A stretch of 64,000 bases of DNA from Heteronotia binoei (taxonomy: Eukaryota). Position 1 is the stretch's first letter; the number at the start of each line of letters is the position of its first letter. Both the position numbers and the translations under genes were made by a program. The notes beneath the pieces are model-generated. The model searched no databases. It was given only the letters and a program-made list of their open reading frames with translations, and had not been told where the DNA came from. Shown here one piece after another: positions 57,180 to 64,000 of the stretch. The DNA lies in NCBI RefSeq assembly GCF_032191835.1, contig NC_083234.1:47802001-47866000 (forward strand), written 5' to 3'.

Positions 57180-58160
57180 ATTGCCGGATGTATTTCCTGG
57201 CAGCAGTTTTGTTTTGTTTTTTAAACGAGACGGTCCTCGCGTTTCTTACGGATGAATTACGCTAAACGGTTTCGTAAATACTTCAACCATTAGATGGCAG
57301 CCTTGGGACTCGCTTAGTAAGAAAGAAGCCTGGAGCCCACTACCCGCAATAACAACAGTAATGATGGAAGGGGGGGGGGGGGAGAATGAGCCTTCCCACA
57401 TTCTCTGAAATCTGGGACAAAGCAAAAAATCGTCCGGAAACTGCTTATTGCATTGCAGACAGAAGGGATGTTTCCTTCTCGGGGCTGTGAGCAAAAGAGC
57501 GAGAAGGCTCTGAAATAGGAAAAAAAGAGCGAGGGACGGAGAGAGCGGCAGGCAGCCCTACTTGTGCATCTTGAAATCCGAAACCAAGCGAAGTCTTGCA
57601 ACTTGGGGAGGACAACTTTCCGCGAGGGGCCGATGCGAAGCCCTTGCTTGGCTTTGCAGAAGACGGCGTTCAGATAAAGGGAGCCTGGGGAGAAAGTCGA
57701 CAACGCTCGGGCTGGGATCTCACCATGGCCCCGGCGAAAGCTCCGCGCTGGGCTCTGCGCTGGGTCTTCTTGGCTGCCACGGCTCTGGTCGCTTGTGATG
57801 GGCAGGGCGGCAGGAGCCGGGAGAACGGCGGCTCTGCCTGCTATGGAGGCTTCGACCTCTACTTCATCTTGGACAAGTGAGTGCGGGGCGGGGGGTGGAG
57901 AGCGGAGCGGGCAGTCTCTGGGGGACCAGGATGGCTGATGAGTCTTGCAGATTTTGGAGCTGAAAGGGAGGCCGGCGGCTCCTCTCTCCCTCCTCGCCCA
58001 GACTTTTGTCTCGGTCGGTCCCTTCTTTGCAATTCTCCCCCCCCACCCCCCCACCCGGGCTCTTCTCTTTTCCAGCCCTTTAAATGCTGTGCTCTGTTCG
58101 ACCCTTGGCCTTAGACATTTCGTGGGGGGGAAAGGGAGAGCTTTGTTAGCGCGCTTTGGC
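57180..58160. promoter_or_regulatory. CpG-rich island over the ANTXR1 promoter and exon 1
   Basis: Visibly dense CpG and GC content against CpG-depleted flanks; ETS-like CCGGAAA near 57434. Confidence 0.7.
57725..57876 (+). CDS. ANTXR1: Anthrax toxin receptor 1 (TEM8), exon 1; the gene continues beyond the window
   Basis: caccATGG Kozak context; signal peptide, then [26 protein letters not shown] matching human [25 protein letters not shown]; phase-2 donor AA|gtgagt; syntenic with the GKN cluster. Confidence 0.96.
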
Positions 58161-60134
58161 TGAGTATTGCTAAAAACTTCTCCAAAGGAGGATGGCTATA
58201 GAATCTTCTCTGCAGCGTTCCTCTTTAGACCAACATCCAGATTCCCAAGAAATGGGAGCCCCATCTCTGTTTCAACCCCATCCCCGCATCCATACTTTTA
58301 ATGCCTTTGTTAATGCAAGACTGCCCTAGAGAGTCCAGGCAGCTCAGCTCGAAAGAAGTTTGGCCCAGTGAGTTGGGAAAGGCAGTGTCGTGCGTTTTGT
58401 TTTGTTTTGCTTTGCTTTCAGGTCTTTCTCTGTTCTCACGTCTGAATCACTTGGTCCCAGTTAATGAAATGCACATTTCCCCCTCTCCACCTCTAATAGT
58501 ATCCAGAGATGATCTAAAGTGCTTACTCATGTTATTTACCCCACACTTGACGCAAAGCCATTCTTTTGCATAAGTGGCTTCCTAGTGTATTTGGATCACT
58601 TGGTGCCCAGGAATGAAGCAGTGGGATGGTCTATAAAGCTAATAGAAAATAGACACATCAGGAAACAGAATAAAAACAAGTCTTGATGGAGGCCGGGTGC
58701 CAAAAATGCTACTTTAGGAACACTACAAAGGCTTGGGCGCTTGAGGTTTTGACCCGCTTTGCTTCCAGGAGCTGTCCCTGAAGGCTTCTCAGTTTCCAGA
58801 GTAATTTGCCAGCCAGTGGAGGACTATCATTTGGGAAACATAAGCCGCAAATCCCCATGGGCAGGGAAAGATAATGGTGTGGGTCATTGGTCCAAGCAGT
58901 TAAAAAAATGTCAATTGCATATGAATCCCACTTTTCCTCCAAGAAAGTCAAGGAGGCTATTTTATCTTATTTGTAGGGTAGATCAATCCAAAGTATGTGG
59001 TCCAAGGTCACCCAGAAACTAGAGCGTGGTATCATAGGTAGATTTGAACCCAGTTGGGTTTGAACCCAGGTCTTTGTGACAGTGGTGCAGCTAGGTAATT
59101 TCGAACTTGATGGATCTCTCTTAGATGCTAATATAGCCTTCAGATTTGAAGATACAGCCTGGTGGGTGGGTGTGGTCTCTGCTGGATCCTGGACTTGTGC
59201 CCCACAGTCTGACCCTGATGGCAGCCCCCTGCTGTTTTATTCAAATACAGCATTTTGTCTGCCAGTGCACATTGCTTCTCCTTTGCTTAGCTATACCATT
59301 TTGCACAGGTAAAATGTTTTATTAAAGTTACATGATATTAAAACGGCCTTAAAATTATTCATCATAACGTTCCTCTGATGAATTTTGCCACAGCCCCCAG
59401 ATTTCATTGTTCTATTTATTTTACATATTTATTCCCCACTTTTGCAGCCTGATAGTTCCGCCTAGACTGGTCTTGCCAGAGCTTGCTATGCAGAGAAAGG
59501 CAATGGCAAACCATCTCCACTCACCTCTTGCCTTGAAAACCCCATGATCCTATGGTCACTGTGTGAGTCTGTTACAACTTGATGGTGTACAGTTGTAACT
59601 CGTTTTTTCTTCCCAATGGAGCCCCAATGTGGCTTCCAGAGTTGTTCTCCTCTCTTCTAGTTTACCCTCACAATGACTCTCTGAGGTGAAGTAGGCTGAG
59701 AAAGAGATTGCTGAGGGACCTTCCATGGCAGAGTGGGGGTTTGAACTTGGCCATCCCTGATCCTAGTCCAACACTTTACCAGGGCTTTTTTTCTGGAAAA
59801 AAAAGATGCCGGAACTCTCTAGAGGGAAATGAAGGAAAAACACATGGGTGTCCTTCATTTTTTGAGAATTTTGTTTCCACATAGAAGTTCTGGAACTTCC
59901 ACATGTTCCCCCTGAAAAAAAGCCCTGACTTTAACCACTTCATCACGTTCACTCTCCAAATTATGTTGTTACAGGGGTCAGTATAAGACATCTCCCACTC
60001 CAGGCCATACTTGGCTTCTAGTCCAGGGTTGAAAGGCGAATGAAATAACTCCAGTGCTAATCTATGTATCAATCACATTTCTAGTCTGCATTTTTTTTCT
60101 TTCTTTTTTTGGTGGTATTGGGTGTGTGCGTATG

Positions 60135-60310
60135 TTCATGCCTCAAACTCATGGTTGACTTCTGGCGACCCCTAGTGAGGCTGGGACATTCAGAGGGGTG
60201 GCTTGCTATTGTGTCCCAGCCCTGGTATTCCTTTGAAGTGCTTGCCAGGGCCAGCCCTACTTAGCTTCTGAGATCTGAGGAGATTGGGCTTGCCTGGGCT
60301 ATTCAGGTCA
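60135..60310 (-). mobile_element. 5S rRNA-derived SINE
   Basis: Reverse strand reads aatctcctcagatctcagaagctaagtagggctggccctggcaagc...gaataccaggg. Confidence 0.65.
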
Positions 60311-60317
60311 AGGCTAG

Positions 60318-60885
60318 TGTCATGGGTGCTGGGGACCCTGCAGAAGAAGCTGAGCCTGCAGAAGAAAGTGTGCCCCTGCCACCTGCACCAGTGCCCCTGC
60401 CTCCTGCTGGAGAAGATCCAAGCCCCCCTGCCTCACCCTCTTGGGTGGCTCGTGTGCGTGACCGCCTTCGTCAGGACCTCAGGGATCGGAGGAGGGCAGC
60501 ACGCTCATGAGCAAGACGCTCCCTGAGCCCTGAGTTCTAAAAGGATCCTGGCCCTTCTAGGAGTGAGGATGCTTGAGTCTCAGCAGGATCCTGGCTGCCC
60601 TCTGAGCCAGCAATTAGCCCAAATGGGCAACAGACAGCAGAGGGCTATATAGCTGTGGGCTTTGGGAGGAGGCTTTGTGGAAGCAACTAGTCACTTACCT
60701 GATGTTCTAGCATCCACTGCGGCTTTTGACTTTGGCTACTGGACCCCCTGACTTCGGCTTCTGAACCCCTGACCTGCGATACCTGGACTGTGATTTGGTT
60801 TTGGCGCCTTGGACCCTCTTTGCTCACCAGCTACAGACCTTGGACTGCCCCTGGACTTTGCCTGACCCAGCCCCAGCTCATGGCA
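60318..60885 (+). mobile_element. Solo LTR (568 bp) in ANTXR1 intron 1
   Basis: TGTCATG...CATGGCA termini; perfect 5-bp TSD GCTAG (60313-60317 and 60886-60890); internal ctatatag TATA-like box (strand inferred from it). Confidence 0.82.
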
Positions 60886-62880
60886 GCTAGCTTGCATTTT
60901 CTTGTAGAAACTCAGGAAGAACTCAGGGTTCCCTTCCTCCACTGATCTTCATAACAACATTGTGAGGTAGGTTAGGTTGAAGCAGAGTGACCGGCCCCAA
61001 GCAAGGAGGATAGGCTGCCTCCTGGAATCCCCACGAGTTTTGGAGCGGGGAAAGAGAGGATGCAACATTGCACTACATGTCTGAGTTTTGTGGCTGAGAT
61101 TTTTGAGATTCTAGCCTGGCATTCTAACTGCAGCTGCTCTCATTAGTAGGCTACTTTGTGGGATAGGGGTTGAGGACTTGGCCCACTACCCCAATCTTAA
61201 GGTGGTCCTTTTGACAAAACTAGTTGGATGACCAGGGTATTTCTAGAGGCTGCCTCCAGCTGAAGTTGATTACAGGTTTATCATTTATCTATTTATTGTT
61301 TATTACTTTAGTTTTCTATCCCACCCTCTCTGCAAGCAGACTCAGGGCAGCTAACAAAGGTTAAGATGCTGAAGTTCCATTAGCTCCAGGAGAAAACAAG
61401 CAGTCTGGTAGGAAAAGCATGTTAACCTTCCTGTTCCTTAGTTCAGTTGTCTCCTCTAACTCCTTGCATTGGCTGCTTGAATTTTGAGTGTCCAGTTTCA
61501 TGGCTTTTCTTCAGGAGATGAAGAAGGCCACCTCAGTTATTAACTGTGCAGATGATTTACCAAGCTTTACACAGTCAAGCATGTGTAAATCTACAATCTG
61601 AACCAGGGAAACCAAATTCTCCATTCAGAATATATCCTGCCAATGAACAAAGCATTTGCTGACTCTGGATAATGAACTCTGTTTCCAGCAGTCATGTTTT
61701 GCAATGCTTGATGTGCTGGGATGACTTGGAAATAGAACAAAGGGAGAACGGGAGGGAGAGAAAGGCATGGAAGTTGCATACAGGCAGGGCTGGCTCCAAA
61801 GAGTATAGAGACTGGCGATTTCCTAGGTGTCCAAGACCAGCAAAGGATTACATCCCCTAATAGCACTTTGCATGCAGCACTTAAAAAAACCCCAAGGCAG
61901 TGGAAGAGAATTCCCACTTTACTTGCCTTGCCATTGTTAGATAAAGAGATCATGAAAAATGCTGGTGCCCGAAAGGACCTTGAAATCTGGCACATCTTCC
62001 AGTGCAGACCTTATAAGTGTAACCTTATAACACCTCTGGTCTTATACTCAGGACAGTTGCTACCAGCACCCTCAACACTGTAGCTGGATGCTCTTTTTTA
62101 CCTCCTGTATTTATTCCTCATGGAATGGACTATCATGATTTAGATGCAAAAGGAATGTTTGTTCTTTTGATTAAAGAGGTGCCATCAGTAGTTCAAAGGG
62201 AACTTCATAAACTTCATGGTACTTCATGGAGGAGAGGATATGCAGTGTGCCTAAAAGCTCAGATGCTGACACCCACAAATGGTTCTTGCAACATCCAAGC
62301 CATCTCTCTCCTGCCCTTTCTAAGGTCAGGCACTTACTTCCCTTGTTCGTTGTAGGGGTCCCTGAATTTCCATTCAGAATGGCAAAGAAAACCAGAGGGA
62401 TTGTAGAGCCTTAGTCACTTTTCTCCCTCCATCTGTTGTTTCTATCTGCTTATCTTTTCTCTTCTTTAGCTGCTTATTGTTCCTAGGAGCTGAAGCCAGA
62501 ACAGTTATCTGCTGGTCTCGGTCAGCTCTTTCTGCTTGCATCCAGGGAAGTCTTCAGTCAAGAGGTCTTGTACTTTTCATGTGAGTGAGATATCCTGTAG
62601 CTTTTGGGCCCATGTCCTGGTGTTTGGGGGGGGGGTCATCTGTCTTGGCAGAAGACTGAGGCTGAAAAGGTCAGGGAAGCCTTTCACTGGTAGTACCCCC
62701 TCATATGTTCATGGGGAACCTGGTAGTAAATCATTCATAAACAACTTGAGTCTCGATCAGGGGTTTGTAATAGCAGAGCAGCTCACTATAATACATGTTA
62801 CTGTCCTAATGCAAATAATTGTGTTTGAAGTTATGTGATTTGTATTATTCTCATAAAATGTGAACACATACATAATTTTG

Positions 62881-62920
<40 letters not shown>
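62881..62920. repeat. (TG)n(TA)n compound microsatellite
   Basis: Direct reading. Confidence 0.92.
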
Positions 62921-63887
62921 TTGCAATGGTTTGTTTCAACATCTGTATTTTTATCTTTGGGCCCATTGACCCATTACATATTTAGGTGCATACCCATATT
63001 GCAAACATGCACTTAGAAGTGTGAATGAAAGAAACACATGTTGCAGCAAGTGTGTGTATCACCCATGTACACTTGTCAAGGAGCTGTGACCAGCTGACTT
63101 GGCAAAACAATGTGAAATGTCCTTGTCTAACAACTTTTACATTCTTCTTAAAATTCTTGGGATTGTTTTTTGCTCAAACATTCCTGTCAGGTTTCAATTT
63201 GGTGGAAACTGCAGTCTAAATACACAAATAGCATTATACACCTTCCATGGATTTGCCTAGCTTTGTAACTCAACAGGTCAGAATTCAGAGGCATATTCAT
63301 TGCAAAAGAAAACAGAGGGTGTTTTACATCTGTGTTGCTGGATGTGTTATTGGTTGGGCAAGCCCCGAAAACGTGCCTCCACAGGTGAATGTGGTTTTAA
63401 AATATCTCTTCCCAGCATAGCAAGTCAGTGGGCCAGATGTTAACTAGCTACATGATCACAATGAGATTCTCACAAAATACCACAGGCCCTGAAATGTCTG
63501 CTTTCTCTTTCCCTGGTGCTTACTTGCATTTTACTGGGTGCAGCAGCATTGATTCCACCATGTAGCCACTTGGTTTTGTGAGCCTTGTATACTACGGGAG
63601 ATGCAAAGTCAACCTTTCTGCATGATGGTGGCTCTTCCAACAGGGTAGAAAAGCCCTCCAGCTAACTCCATGGCTAACAGCCTCTTTGGGTTTCACACTG
63701 TGGTCAAGAACTATTGGTGGTCTCCCTTAATCCAGATCAGGCAGGGCATGTAGACTGAGAATTCCCTACTTTGTTGGTTGCCTGTCTCAACTTAATGCCA
63801 GTCTTGGAGCCTCAGGAAACACAAACTGATCTTGTTGCCTTTTGGAGGCAACTTTAGTTGGGCATTCTAAAAAACATTATTTAAAAA

Positions 63888-64000
63888 GCCCCATGGCACA
63901 GAGTGATAAAGCTGCAGTACTGCAGTCCAAACTCTGCTCGTGACCTGAGTTCTATCCTGGCAGAAGCTGGGTTCAGGCAGCCGGTTCAGGTTGACTCAGC
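63888..64000 (+). mobile_element. Sauria-type SINE, 5' part (cut by window end)
   Basis: gccccatggcacagagtgataaagctgcagtactgcag. Confidence 0.78.

Noticed and set aside
57575-57724. Open frame upstream of and in frame with the ANTXR1 ATG (ORF track starts at TTG 57596)
   Set aside because: No upstream ATG; the ATG at 57725 has good Kozak context and is followed directly by the signal peptide. Open frames are common in GC-rich UTRs.
48152-57724. Search for a fifth gastrokine or pseudo-exons between the fourth gene and ANTXR1, and around the gap
   Set aside because: No DY, CxV, CxGxPTY or hairpin exon patterns were found by eye on either strand. The gap's true size is unknown, so it cannot be fully excluded.
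57314-58054. 246-aa minus-strand ORF over the ANTXR1 promoter
   Set aside because: Low-complexity product of a GC-rich island with no recognisable domain.
60322-60510. Pro/Glu-rich ORF as a possible small gene or ANTXR1 exon
   Set aside because: It lies inside the TSD-flanked solo LTR and does not match the ANTXR1 vWA sequence.

Overview
Squamate reptile genomic DNA, probably a gecko (inferred from Sauria- and Squam3-type SINEs). The window holds a complete gastrokine (BRICHOS-domain) cluster followed by exon 1 of ANTXR1, matching mammalian GKN3-GKN2-GKN1-ANTXR1 synteny. The ORF track misses these genes because their exons are short, so they were assembled by hand from splice sites. There are four intact six-exon genes with the same intron phases (0,0,0,0,1): GKN3-like (+, 233-7439), GKN2 (-, 14875-22199), GKN1 (+, 28245-34101), and a fourth, divergent gastrokine (+, 39827-48151) between GKN1 and ANTXR1. 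Human and mouse have only GKN1-3. The fourth gene has its own octamer-TATA promoter, lacks both the GKN1/3 tryptophan motif and the GKN2 TFF1-binding cysteine, and has a shortened C-terminal hairpin. GKN1 and GKN3 each carry an extra unpaired cysteine, and GKN3 uses a GC-AG intron. The rest is transposon-rich: a full-length but disabled Gypsy (Mag-like) element with a captured L2 fragment inside its RT, a solo LTR, L2/CR1/L1/Penelope fragments, tRNA- and 5S-derived SINEs, nested hAT MITEs, a tandem duplication and one assembly gap. All orthology and repeat-family names come from recalled motifs, not database searches.
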